DNA of 64,000 bases from Scyliorhinus canicula (GCF_902713615.1 NC_052165.1:64186593-64250592); one strand, 5' to 3'. Positions 33,926 to 46,363 are shown, counted from the stretch's first letter. Made by a program: numbers and translations. Notes: generated from the letters alone by a model not told the origin.

Positions 33926-34391
33926 CAGTGGTGGGCAACATGCGGCCCGGGGACATCAAGTGGCCCATCAGGATCTGAGTATGGCCCACAAGACATTCAG
34001 TTGACTGTTGCCCACTTGCAGTGTTGCCACATTCCGCTGGTTTCTACCTGCGCAGCTTTTTCCGACCGGTGATACACATGGAAAGCAAGTGCATGTAAAG
34101 TGAGGTGATTGCTGACTGCACACAACATTGACTAAGAGAACTGTGCGGTCCCTCAGCATCCAATCAAGAGTAAATAGCTATTTTATTTTTACCACTTGAA
34201 GTGGATGACTATTCTATGAATACATGCGTTTTCTATACCTTGCTGTGAAATATTCGGCGTGTATTAAATGTATTCAATCTTATTCAAGGATCATAGTTAG
34301 TGAACATGTCCAAATTCAATTTTGTAGCCCACTGAGATGAAGAGGGGGCTACTAATGTGGCCCACTCACTAGCCTAGGTTGCCCATCACCA
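33926..34391. mobile_element. hAT (Charlie-like) MITE
   Basis: TIRs CAGTGGTGGGCAAC ... GTTGCCCATCACCA with subterminal TGCGGCCC/GTGGCCC motifs; 8-bp flanks only partly matching. Confidence 0.6.
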
Positions 34392-34566
34392 TATTAGAGT
34401 GATACGTTTGACTATCGATTAAAGCAAGAAGCATTCATTTGGTCAATCTAAAGTCATATAAAAAAATAGCAATTAATTTCCCAAATTGTAATGAAACAAA
34501 GTTCTGCTTTTCTTACACAGTTATCCCTTGTGGACCTCATGCACCTCCTAGAGGATGAGAAATAGT

Positions 34567-35292
34567 GGGCGGGATTCACTCACCCCGGGGCCGGGCCAGA
34601 GAATCACCAGGACAGGCACGAATCTTGCCACGCTATCCCGACTCCGGTCCGCTGATTCTCCGGAGAGCGGAGAATCGGCGCCATTAGCGCCGGTGCAGTC
34701 AGGGGCTGCTCTACGGGGCCCACCCCCGGCGATTTTCTGCCCGGGATGGGCCGAGTGGCCGCACAAAAAAAAGCCGAGTCCCGCCAGCGCTGTTTACACC
34801 TCCACTTACCCAGCAGAACCTCGGCGTGGATGCATCCGGGGCGGCCTGGTGGGGTGGAGGGGGGTCCGACCCCGGGGGGGGGGGCCTCTGCTGTGGCCTG
34901 GCCCACGGTCAGGGCCTACCAATCGGCGGGCCAGCCTCTCGGGCTGGGGGCCTCTTTTGTTCCGCGCCAGCCCCTGTAGCCCCACGTCATGTTGCGTCGG
35001 GGCCGGCACGGAGAAGGGAGCCACTGCGCATGTGTGCATTGGCGCCGGTCCCACTGCGCATGCACAGACCCGTGGCGCCCATCTGATGCCGGGGATCAGC
35101 AGCTGGAACAGCGTGGATCACTCCAGTGCCATGCTGACCCCTGTAGGGGTCCGAATTTCTGCTCCTGAGACCATGTTGATGTTGTCAAGAAATGCGTTGT
35201 CATTTCTTGACAACATCAACATGGTCTCAGGAGCAGAAATGGCGTTTACGACGGTGTCAACACTTAGCCTCAGGGTCAGAGAATCCTGCCCA
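34567..35292. mobile_element. GC-rich MITE (Harbinger-like TIRs) with an internal fold-back
   Basis: GGGCGGGATTC ... GAATCCTGCCC termini. Confidence 0.65.
35155..35240. repeat. Perfect 40-bp inverted repeat with 6-nt loop
   Basis: 35155-35194 is the exact reverse complement of 35201-35240; loop CGTTGT. Confidence 0.97.
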
Positions 35293-35888
35293 GTATATTT
35301 GCTTCTGTTCCGTCAGGGAATGACATATTGCATCAAAAGGCCAAAAGTGAGAAGAAAATAATTGAAAAATAAAAAGGTTCATGTCAATTAAAAAGAATCT
35401 GTCACTACTCTAATGCAATACTTGTGGACACATTAACATTTACGTTATTAATATTCTATCTGGTGGCATGAAGCTGAATGAAACAGCGGTTTTCTATTAT
35501 CGAACACTGTATTAAATTCCTTTCGCATTCTTTGCTGGGCAGAATGGCATATTTTTTCATCCATGATTTGCTAAGTTATAGATGGTAAGGGAGTAACATG
35601 TAGCAGCAGATTGTTCCCATAGCTTCATTTTTCCGGAGGAAAAGAATAGGAAAATAAAATATTTAGCAAATAATCTGCAGGTTGCATGGGATAGAAATGA
35701 TAGTCAAATGTGTTAGTAATGAAACAGTTATCCTTTTAATTCGATTTGCAAATTCCTTCTCCCTATTTCCCATTTTCCAACTATCAATCTCACTGTGCGG
35801 TAGTAAAATGACTGTATCATTCTAGAAAACTGCAAGTTTTTAGCAATAAGTAATAGTTCAGTTGAAGATATTTTATAGTCAGTTTTAC

Positions 35889-36072
35889 CTGCAGGTGACT
35901 GAATAGTATAATGCTCTGTTGGGTCTGTATCAGCTTTTCCATCTGCTGACTCTTCAGGAGGGCCCTCTTCCGCCACTTCATTAATTTCTATGGCTGGATC
36001 AATAAGGTGCTCTTCCACAGATGCATTGTTTTGTTCTTCAGTTTCCTGGGTGCGGTCTTCATTTTCTGCCAT
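35889..36072 (-). CDS. IQUB: IQUB first coding exon
   Basis: ttttatacag|ACAA ATG G (acceptor at 36077-36078), 184 coding nt to GCAG|gtaaa (phase 1); acidic MAENEDRTQETEEQNNASVEEHLIDPAIEINEVAEEGPPEESADGKADTDPTEHYTIQSPA; in frame with all downstream exons. Confidence 0.78.
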
Positions 36073-36254
36073 TTGTCTGTATAAAATAGGTTAAATCCTT
36101 AAACGAATTTTTTAAAATCCTGAGTGCAGCCCCATTTTTATTTATTTTTATTCATGCATAGAATGTGGGTGTTTCTGTTTACGCAGTCTTAACTGCCTTT
36201 CAAAAGTTGACGCCGAGCCACCTTGTACTTCCTGCAATCATTGAATCGCCATCG

Positions 36255-36790
36255 AGCTTGCACCGAAAGAGCATCCCACCTAAGCCCAATCCCTGCCCTA
36301 ACCCCTAACCCACCTAACCTTTTGACACTAAGGGGCAATTTCTCAGAACAGAAATGCGGAGACATTTCTTCAGCCAGAGAGTGGTGGGCCTGTGGAATTC
36401 ATTGCCGCGGAGTGCAGTGGAGGCCGGGACGCTAAATGGCTTCAAGGCAGAGATAGATAAATTCTTGATGTCGCGAGGAATTAAGGGCTACGGGGAGAAT
36501 GCTGGTAGGTGGAGTTGAAATGCCCATCAGCCATGATTGAATGGCGGAGTGGACTCGATGGGCCGAATGGCCTTACTTCCACTCCTATGTCTTATGGTCT
36601 TATGGTCTAATTTAGCATGGCCAATCTACCTATCCCCACACCTTTGGTCTGTGGGAGGAAACTGGAACTCCCAGAGAAATCAACACAGGGAGAGTGCACA
36701 AACTCCACACAGTCACCCAAGGCTGGATTCAAACCCAGGTTCCTGGTGCTGTGAGACAGCAGTGCTAATTACTGTGCCATCATGCTGCAG
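36255..36790 (-). mobile_element. HE1-type SINE interrupted by a plus-strand CR1 3' end (36341-36606)
   Basis: The SINE motif AAGGGGCAATTT|AGCATGGCCAATC is split by ...GGGCCGAATGGCCTTACTTCCACTCCTATGTCTTATGGTCTTATGGTCT. Confidence 0.75.
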
Positions 36791-37030
36791 TAAAGGTACA
36801 CCCACAGTGATGTTAGGGATGAAGTTCCAGAATTTTGACCCAGTGACAGTGAAGGATCGGCAATATATTTCCAGGATGGTGTGTGACTTTTGAGGTGAAC
36901 CTGCAGGTGGTGGTGTTCCCATTTGCCTTTGGACCTTTGGTTCTTCCAAGTGGTAGAGGTCGCAGGCTTGGAAGAAGCTTGTAGATGGCACACATTGCAG
37001 CCACGGTGCGCCGGTGGTGAAGGAAAATGA
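36790..37030 (-). mobile_element. LINE ORF2 C-terminal fragment (CR1/L2 group)
   Basis: HRRTVAAMCAIYK...SFTVTGSKFWNFIPN; a related, longer fragment lies at 48720-49420. Confidence 0.6.
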
Positions 37031-38690
37031 GTGTTTAAGTTAGTGGAGTTTTCACTGGGATAGAATCCTACAAGGTCTATTCCAAGTAGACCTGGAAGTG
37101 CTGGAGGGTCTTTCCGAGATCATGAAAATTATATAAATACAAGTTTTTTGTTCTTCTTTGTTAATCCTTTTCAAAGCTACTGGATGTTAGTAGCATTGCT
37201 TTCTCAAAGTAGCATGCAGATGTGCCACCATTGCTATAGAATCTTTGCACAGGAGGAACCATGAAATTCACTTCAAATGACATTTATGGCCAGGCCATCA
37301 TGCTTACCGCATACACAAGATGTCTTTGTTCTTAAAAACTCTGCTTTTAGCGATCTTGATGGTCTTTTAGGCAAGCCTCCCATTTTAGGTTTTGATATCA
37401 TGCTGAGAAAAATCTTTTTACAGCTGATGGAATGCTTTAAACTGAGTTTCCTCTTTACTTTTTAATGGGCTGGGAGAGTTTGACAGCATGGCCAGAATGG
37501 CTCCAAAGCCAAGAATCTGCTTGGATAGATGAGAAAACATAACTTATGGCTCTTTTTTAGCTGGTCTGCCATTTACCCCAGGCCTTCTCAATGGTGAGGG
37601 TTTCCACTATAAACCCAATGCCATTTTTTGGGACACCCTTGAGACTGCATACTTCATGGTCATAAGTTCAAGAGAAACATGTCAAGGAAAGTCCCACCCT
37701 CTTTCATATCATTGCTGGGCCTGCACCCTACTGCAGACACACGCCCAGTCCTATATCTCCAGGGAAACTCAGGAAGTGGTAGGGCCAGACAATAGGGGTC
37801 AGAGGCTTCCTTGTTATAGGACTCTTCAGCCTTACTCATAAAAGGAAATAGGCATTCCCCAGAGAATAAAGTTAGGAAAATTAATTATTGTTTAACAGCT
37901 TGGAGTTTAGATGACCTGACTCCCAAATGTTTGCTCTCACATAACCCTGACATAACAGCATCTGGCGATATCACACTCATAAAATGTCACATCAGGCCCA
38001 TCGTACCTCTGCCAGATCTTTCAACAAGCTATCCGATTCGATCCACCCCAATCTCCTTTCTCCATAGCCCTTCAAATTATTCTCCTTTGCATATTTATTC
38101 AATTCCTTTTTTGAAAGCTATTGTTGAATCTGCTTCCACCACCTTTTCAGGCAGTACATTCCAGATAACAACTCGTTGCATAAAAACAATTCTCAGCTCA
38201 TCTTCAGATCTTTTGTCAATTACCTTAAATCAGTGTTCTGGTTACTGACCCACCATATCAAACCCCTTTATGGCTTTGAAAATGAAAATCACTTATTGTC
38301 ATAAGTAGGCTTCAAATTAAGTTACCGTGAAAAGCCCCTAATCGCCACATTCCGGCACATGTTCGGGGAGTCTGGTACGAGAATTGAACCATGCTGCTGG
38401 CCTGCCCTGATCTGCTTTCAAAGCCAGCGATTTAGCCCTGTGCTAAACCAGCCACTGGTTTGAACACCTCTGTTAAATCTCTCCTGCTCTATAGGAGAAC
38501 AACCACAGCTGCTGTAGTCTCCCCAGCCTGCTATTCTAGTAAATTTCTTCTACATCTTCTCTCTGGCCTTGACATCCTTCCTAAAGTGTGGGGCCCAGAA
38601 TATACCAACTGGAGTCTAACCAATGATTTATAAAAAGAAAATGAAAAAGTAATTTGCTTAAGTTTCTTACTTATTCGACTTCACGGCTCT

Positions 38691-38985
38691 ACAGCACAGT
38701 GGTTAGCACTGTTGCTTCACAGCACCAGGGAACCGGGTTCGATTCCCGGCTTGGGTCACTGTCTGTACGGAGTCTGCACGTTCTCCCTGTATCTCCATGG
38801 GTTTCCTCCATGTGCTCCAGTTTCCTCCCACAAGTTCCAAAAGATTTGTTGTTAGGTAAATTGGACATTCTGAATTCTCCCTCGGTCTACCCAAACAAGC
38901 TCCAGAGTGTGGAGACTAGGGGATTTTCATAGTAACTTCATTGCAGTGCAATGTAAGCCTACTTGTGACACTATAAATTATTATA
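38691..38985 (+). mobile_element. Chimeric SINE: HE1-type head and body with the second-family tail
   Basis: CAGCACAGTGGTTAGCAC...GGTTCGATTCCCGG, then GTGGAGACTAGGGGATTTTCATAGTAACTTCATTG...AAGCCTACTTGTGAC. Confidence 0.75.
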
Positions 38986-40154
38986 TGCTTTTTTAACAAC
39001 CTTCTAATCTTGTCCTGCCATTTACAATTAGTGTATTTATGCCCCAGGTTTGCATTCCTGCACACCATTTGCAATTGTACCATTTAGTTTGTGTTGCCTC
39101 TCCTCATTCTTCATACCAGAATGTATCAATTCATTTTCCCTATGTTAAATCTCATCCTCCACGTGTCTTTCCATTTCAACAGTTTATCTATGGCACCCTA
39201 AAATGTGTTACTACTCTCCTCACTACACTTCTGAGATGCATGGCATCAGCAAACTTTAAAATTATATCCTGTACACCCAAGCCCATGACATTAATAAATA
39301 TCTAAAATAGCCATTTTCTTAATAATAGTTCCTCAGGGACTTCATGTTTACATCCTTCCAGTGTAAAAGACATCTGATCACTGCTACACTGCTTTCTGTC
39401 TCTTAACCAATTTGATATGGATGTTGTCTCTACCCATTGAATCTCATGGACTTCAACTTTGCTAATATTATAATGAAAGAAAAGTATTAGAGAAATTAAT
39501 TAAGCGAGAAAAGTGGAAGAACCCGAGTAGGTGCATCTGAAATTCTTGATAGCTATGGGGATGAAATATGGAAGGCCCGAGAGGTTTGATTTTAGAGAGT
39601 GAATGTATGCTCAAGTACATGAGAGTGACAAATGTATTGATTTGCAAAAGAGAGACAGAGCTAACCTAGATAATGTATGAGCTGTTTGCATTAATGTCAC
39701 TGGATGCTATTTTTTTGAATCTGTAATCAAATACCAAATTGGATGAAGTATTTAGCCTGCCTTTTTTTTTAAAACACAATTGTAATCCTAAAAACCTACG
39801 TGAGAGTCGGCAGCTGTCCTAGTTGTGTCCTTCCCATCCACTTTGGCCCCAACCTTTGATTACCCATTAGATCCTAGCCATGGTCCCACCTCCAGCATAT
39901 TCCTAAGCCCCTCCAAATCACTGGATATCTCAGGCCTGTGCTCAGCCAAATATTATTTTATTTTTTAAATTACTAAAAACAGCTTATATCATATTTTAAC
40001 ATGAACATTTGTTGCCCAAATATCTGATATTATGGGATCATATCAGAGCACTGCTGAGCATAAAGCTAGTTTATGACAAGAGGTACCTAGCCTGCAATGT
40101 TGACATCCTTTGTGACACTGGAGAATGTGCCTCTTCTTTGCAGCCACATACTGT

Positions 40155-40168
40155 ATTGCTATGGCAAC
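40155..40168. promoter_or_regulatory. RFX X-box-like palindrome in IQUB intron 1
   Basis: ATTGCTATGGCAAC vs consensus GTTGCCATGGCAAC; RFX sites typify cilia genes. Confidence 0.45.
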
Positions 40169-40569
40169 CTAAATTCCCTGCCTGCTGATTTACCCCAACC
40201 CATATGGTACTTAAAGTAGATACTGCATTCTTTGGCTTCTTGCCAGCCCAGAAGAAGAACAGTAATAGATCACAAACCAGGAAATTGCAGGCTAACTGCC
40301 CACCATGTCTGACAGCATTGACTGGCCCAAGTGGACCAGTGACTGGTACACAACTCAGGGCTACTGGAACCCAGATATCCCTGAAACTCTAGGTGGTGCA
40401 ACCCCAGTCCACAGCTCCCTGAGCGACACAAACCATGCCCCAGATTTTCCTGGATTCCTGAGTAGCACCGCCCCAGGCCGCAAATCCCTCAACTCCAAAG
40501 TGGTACAGCCTGTGGCCACAGATATTCCTGGAGTCCTGAGTGGCACAACTGCAGGCCACAGCCCCAGGC

Positions 40570-41140
40570 CATAGATATTCCTGGATCTCAGAGGGGCACA
40601 GTCCAAGATATTTCTGGATCTCTGAGTGGCGTAGCATCAGAAATCCCGGGATCTCAGAGTGGCACAGCCACAGAAATCCTTGGATCTCTGAGTGGCAGAG
40701 TTCAGAAATCCCGGGATCTCTGAATGGCACAATTCAGAAATCCTTGGATCTCTGAGTGGCACAGTTCAGAAATCCCTGGATCTCTGAGTGGCAGAGTTCA
40801 GAAATCCCTGGGTCTCTGAGTGGCACAGTTCAGAAATCCCTGGGTCTCTGAGTGGCAGAATTCAGAAATCCCTGGATCTCTGAGTGGCAGAGTTCAGAAA
40901 TCCTTGGATCTCTGAGTGGCACAGTTCAGAAATCCCTGGATCTCTGAGTGGCAGAGTTCAGAAATCCCTGGGTCTCTGAGTGGCAGAGTTCAGAAATCCC
41001 TGGATCTCTGTGGCACAGTTCAGAAATCCCTGAATCTCTGAGTGGCACAGTTCAGAAATCCCTGGATCTCTGAGTGGCAGAATTCAGAAATCCCTGGATC
41101 TCTGAGTGGCACAGCCACAGAAATCCCGGGATCTCTAAGA
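40570..41140. repeat. 32-bp minisatellite (~18 units; degenerate units extend to ~40370)
   Basis: Unit CTCTGAGTGGCA(C/G)AGTTCAGAAATCCCTGGAT; period 32 (e.g. 40749 and 40781). Confidence 0.95.
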
Positions 41141-41270
41141 TGGGACAATCCCAAAGCAGCAACCAAAAGCACAATTACTAAACAAACTGGAAGGTGGTCT
41201 TGGGCCCGGCTTGGCCCAGCCCGAGGTGGTGGGGTAGGGCTGGCTGTGTCCCCGAGTAGTGTTTGCTGAC

Positions 41271-41465
41271 CTCGGGCTCCTCTCTGCAGCCGCCGCCGAC
41301 CTCTCCTGTCCCGGATCTCCGCTGTTGTCAGTGGAGCCATGGTAACCGCCGCGGCCCTGGTACGCGTGCGCCGACCAGCTGCGCCTGCGCTCTGCCGACA
41401 CGCCTCCCCTCCCATTGTGAAGCTGCTGAGCGGAGCACGTGTTTGCACAGTTGCGGCCCTGGTCA
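41271..41465 (-). promoter_or_regulatory. IQUB: Probable IQUB promoter and non-coding exon 1 (CpG-rich)
   Basis: CpG-rich patch; donor CCCGAG|gtcagc at 41271/41270; X-box-like GGAGCCATGGTAAC (41333-41346); NRF1-like TGCGCCTGCGC (41380-41390). The first coding exon has an acceptor 4 nt before its ATG, which requires an upstream exon. Confidence 0.6.
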
Positions 41466-42140
41466 CAGAATGTGACTGTGCCTCTCCACTCTCAATTGCA
41501 CTGAGATAATTTGCACAGAAGGTGCCACTCATAAAATCATACTGCACACTAAACGGACTCTTTGAAATAAATAACTCAGAATCTCTGCAGTGCAGAGGGA
41601 GGCCATTCGGCCCCATCCACTGTGCATGACCCTCTGAAAGAGGCCAACTATGAAAGCTGTTCACTTCAATCCCTCGACCCATTCCCTATAACTGTACAAA
41701 TGAATACTCCGTAAAGTCAATTCCAATCGCTCTTTGAAAGTTCCTTTGTAAGCTGAGCAGCTACATGAAGAAATATCTCACTTTCTCTCTAATTCTTTTG
41801 TCAATTATTTTAAGCCTATGATCTCAGATCACCAAACCACTTTTTTTTAAATTTTCATGGGATAGGGGCATTCCTGGCAACACTAACATTTTGCTCCCCG
41901 TGCGAATTGAACTGAGTGGCTTGTTCGGCCATTTCAGGGGGCAGTTTAAGAGGCAACCATATTGCAGTCAATTTGGAGTCATACATAAACCAGGCCAGCT
42001 AAGTAAGGATGGCAGATTTTCTTCCTAAAGGGTATTAGTGAACCAGGGCTTTATAACAACTGCTAATGGCTTTATGGTCTCCACCATTGAGATGAGTTTT
42101 TATTTCCAGATTATATTAATTGAATTGAAATTCCACCATC

Positions 42141-42440
42141 GGGCATGGTGGTAAAGTGGTTAGCATGACTGCCTTATAGTGCCAGGGTCCTGAGTTCGAT
42201 TCTGACCTTGGGTAACTGTGTGGAGTCTGCATGTTCTCCCTGTGACTGTGTGGGTTTCCTTCCACAGTCCAAAGATGTGCAGATTAGGTGGATTGGCCAT
42301 GGTAAACTGCCCCTTGGTGTCCAAAGGCCCAGGGTTATGGGGATAGGATGGTGGAGTGGGCCTGGATAGGGTGCTCTTTTGGTGGATCAGTGCACACTCG
42401 ACAGGCCGAATGGCCGCCTGCATTATAGGGATTCTATTCT
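42141..42440 (+). mobile_element. HE1-type SINE with CR1-like tail
   Basis: Tail GGCCGAATGGCCGCCTGCATTATAGGGATTCTATTCTAT. Confidence 0.8.
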
Positions 42441-45099
42441 ATAACTATGTTGGTGGATTTTGAAGCCGTGTCCTCAGAGGAATAGTTGGGCCTCAATTTA
42501 TGAGTCCAGTAATCTAATCACTACACCACTGTCTCCCTGAAAAGAGGAAAACATTGCCAGAGGAAACGGTTTCTCCCTATCCTGTCGTCCTGTTTCTCGC
42601 CTCGCTCCGCTCTAAAATCAACCACAGGTTCTTAGGTCTCGCCACATAACAGACCTCCCTCATCCCCAGTATAATCTTGGTAAACTTGTCCTATACCCTC
42701 TCTAAAGACTTGACATTCTTCCTAATATGTGGTGCTCAGTGTCATACACAATACACCAGCTGAACCTTCGGGATTTGTAAAGTTTTAGCAGGACTTCCCT
42801 GTCTTTATATTCAATGCCCCTCTTTTCAAAGTTAAGTATCCCATATACTTTTCTGAGCACTTCAGCTTGCCCTGCCACCTTAAAAGTTTCACATGTATCC
42901 ACAGGTTCCTTAGTTCTTGCATTAACTCACCAAACTAAATGGAGATCTTCCGGGCCCACCAGCAGCAATCCCCACCACAGGGTTCCCAGCTTGGGTTGGG
43001 GGGGGGGGGGGGATGGGGGATGTGTATTTAATGGGAAACTCCAATGATGGTGGCCACCTCCTGCCACTGAGAAACAGGCCGCGGGGGAGTGGGAAAATCC
43101 CACCCATTTTCAGCATATTTTACAGGAAGCAATTTTTAAAAATATATTGGCAAAAATGAATGTGGCGGAAATAATTGTAATGTTAAGAGTTGCCATATGC
43201 TGAACCCCTTGCAAACCTAAAAATAATTTGCCAGTAGTTTTTGGAGACACATGCAATGACAAAATTCCCTTCACCTCTATTCCAGAACCAGAAGCTATTT
43301 CATTAGCCTTGTAAAGTTTAGTCAGAGTTTTGTTTGCTTTTTAAGCCTTCGAGGGAGAGATAGAGATTGGGTAACCTCAGAACTCTGGGCAAATGTCCAT
43401 ATCAGTAATTCCAATTGAGGTGCATTTTGAATGAAATAAGATTCTATGTTTCTAATGCTCAATCTCCATGGAGCATTCCAATGTTTTATAGTCAATAGTT
43501 TATTTTTGAAGTACTTATATAAATAAACACGTCTGCAAATCTGAATACAGTAAACGTTCACAGCAGATTGCACTGGTGCAATAGAAGTGAAGTGTCCATG
43601 GTGCATCACTTTTATAGCCAGTGTGATCAGCCTTTTGCACTTCCAGTTCAAAATTGCATCGTAGTAGGCATCCATCCAAAACTAATGGATGTTCTAAGAC
43701 AAGGCGGGGGGAGGGGGGATATATTTCCAGGCCTGATCGCCGTGGGTGCAAATCCCATTTGTCGCTAACACGACCTAGAAGGCTATAACGTCATTTGCAC
43801 TAGCAAGATCTCAGAATGAGGTCTTCCCCATCCACCCACCGGCAACATAATCTCATCGTCTTCCGGGGATGCAAAAATACATCCCCGCCAGCGTGATGTC
43901 ATGATGGCGGGAATCACGACTGCTCTCCAGCAGTGGAGATGACCACGCCAGGGGCACAGATGCCAATGTACCCCTGGGTGGCCAGGGACATTGCAGGGCC
44001 CTGCCAGTACCGGGGGCAGAGCCTCTCAGGAAGCCCTACATGAGGAGATGCCAACGAGGGTCATGGGCACTGAAGCTCTGATGGCAGCAATGGTGGTGGG
44101 GTGTGGCACTGAAGCCCTGATGCCAATGGAAGGAGGTGCACTGAATCCCATATGGTGCTGGAGGCCATTACTTCCACATTGAAATCGGGATTGCATCTTT
44201 AGGCCCCGCACCTCAAGAGCGACAGCACCAAGCACGTCTCCTTTTTTTTTGGGACAAAGTGTTAGATGTGGAGAGTCGCTGGGGAAAAACATTTCGGTTT
44301 TCAGTCAAAACCTCACACTTCGCCATTTTGTAAGAAAAATTCTGTCCATTTTCAAGGGGCTCGATCCAGTCCAAGATCTTTGAACACAAAGCCCTTATTG
44401 TTCTTTCTTCACAGCATGCCCATGTATTTAATGTTCTTCGGTCTATTTGGGAATGAGTAATTATAAGTGAGCTTGGTTTTATGTTCACCAGCATCCTTTC
44501 CACCAATGAATGATTTGAATCGTGGAATCTTGCACCATTGTCTGCAGCTTTTCAGGAAAGTATTTAGTATGCTAGTCCAGACTTCCCCGTAGCTCAACCA
44601 GCCCAAGTGGCGAATAGCTGAATCATACAGATCAGGGATGGAGGTTTGATTCTTCATTTGTACACAGTTGAATGACATCAGGTGGGCTAATGGTATAACA
44701 CTTACAATTGCACTTAAGCCAGTGAGATAATGCCACATTGCACTTGATCGATTGCAAAATGAATAGGGAAGGGTTCCAGAATGACCCGAGTACCCAATTT
44801 GCTCCACAGGTGCATCAGCTGACAGCGACCTCCAAGTATTTTGGAAAAGTAACTAAAACAAGCTAACTCCTTAAATATGATAATCAGGGGCCTAACACCC
44901 CAAAGTCAAACTGGATGCAGAAGGGTAGGCAGGCTTTTTGGTTTTCGCTGACCTTAATTTGCAGTCAGAAAGGGACAGACTCTTCGAGGTTCACAGCAAT
45001 TCTTTCCCATCATGTTGTCTCCACCTCTTGCCCAGGATGTTATCTGCAGGACAGCGCAACATCCAAGCTAGATGTTGGGGAGGCCCAGTACTTGGAAGC

Positions 45100-45404
45100 T
45101 GTTGGAACCAACAATTCTACGGACACGTGCTTGTAGGATTAGACTAGCGGTTTTAATATACTCACAACAGAGCCAGCCTATTAGCCATTGAACTTTCGGT
45201 GAACTGGCCGGCTGACCATGTGGCACTGATCTTTATACAGCAGCTTCCGGGGGGAGGAGTCCTGGGCAGAGCCAAGAGAGAAGCCCCGTACAACTTGAGC
45301 ATTCCCAGAGCTACTCCCCCTGGAGGACAGGTAGTGCAACTGCACTTACAATATAGACACATGTATATACAGATTATAATCCGGTGTGAATCACATTCAC
45401 CACA
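45100..45404 (-). mobile_element. Solo LTR, 305 bp, 5-bp TSD
   Basis: TG...CA termini; TSD GAAGC at 45095-45099 and 45405-45409. Confidence 0.85.
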
Positions 45405-45420
45405 GAAGCCCAATTGGCAT

Positions 45421-45740
45421 TACATTATCCTCTAAGTCTGAATAAAGATTGTAGACTTCCAGTTAACACAAATACTTTTATTTGGTGGGTTTGTTCTGTT
45501 TCTAGAGCTTAACTAGATATAACACATCAAGAGGCATGACCAGTGAAGCTAAGGTAAACTGCCTATGCTGAGCTGTCTGTCTGCTGCTGCTCACTAGCCT
45601 TGTGCTTCTGAAAGAGGCCGATCCGCCCTTGGGCTGGACCCTTTATACACGTCTCTGATGCTGCCCTCTAGTATTGCTGTGGCTGTTACATCTGTCTGTA
45701 GTCCCTGGTGTATGTGCAGATGTATGTACAGATCGCTACA
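45421..45740 (-). mobile_element. Solo LTR, 320 bp, 5-bp TSD
   Basis: TSD GGCAT at 45416-45420 and 45741-45745; minus strand starts TGTAGCGATC, contains TATAAA and AATAAA; other terminus mutated. Confidence 0.7.
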
Positions 45741-46211
45741 GGCATATGTAGCTCCCTGATATTATTGAAACACAGTCCAATTTGGAGCAGGCCATGAAAC
45801 CCCACTTTTAGGTCTACATTTCAACACCATAAATTTAGCACTGATTATCAAAACTATTCCAATATCTCCCCCAGCAGCATAGAGTCTGAGAGAAAAAAGG
45901 GAAGTCAGAATTCGGAACATTATTCGGCATCGCTAAGTGCACCTGGGTGCTATAAAGCTAGGGCAGAATTTGGTTTGACTGCAATGCCGTCCACAGTTAA
46001 TGACAGAAAAAACTCATTGCTCACTTTCCACAAGAGAATGACAATGAGGACAAAATATCGGAAGGAAACTGGTATGTATATCCGACCCAGCTAGAAGACA
46101 ATGCCTTCATACGAGTAAGTTACTTGTAAGGGAAGCAAGTTGGCAGAAAGGAAATGTTGCTTCATTGTGAAAATGATTATTTTGCAATGTACACAGGAAT
46201 AAAAAGGTGCA

Positions 46212-46217
46212 TTTATT
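46212..46217 (-). terminator. Candidate NDUFA5 polyadenylation signal
   Basis: AATAAA on the minus strand ~150 nt after the stop codon. Confidence 0.5.
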
Positions 46218-46363
46218 GTTCACATCAGATATTATGGCACGGAAACATTAAAAACAAAGCAAAGACTGTTTCAGGGATTCATTTTAATAACATCTATACA
46301 GGTTGGAATTGTCAGAACAGACAGTATGATTTGCCAAATAAAGCAGTGTTATTTACATAAAGT

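Noticed and set aside
34555-35361. 268-aa ORF
   Set aside because: Lies in a GC-rich MITE and runs through the fold-back duplication; no domain similarity.
40570-41140. CRISPR-like appearance of the 32-bp repeats
   Set aside because: Units are head-to-tail with no unique spacers, the context is eukaryotic and there are no cas genes; it is a minisatellite.
41020-41682. 220-aa ORF across the IQUB promoter
   Set aside because: Stitches together a CR1 tail, the CpG patch and the minisatellite; not a coherent protein.
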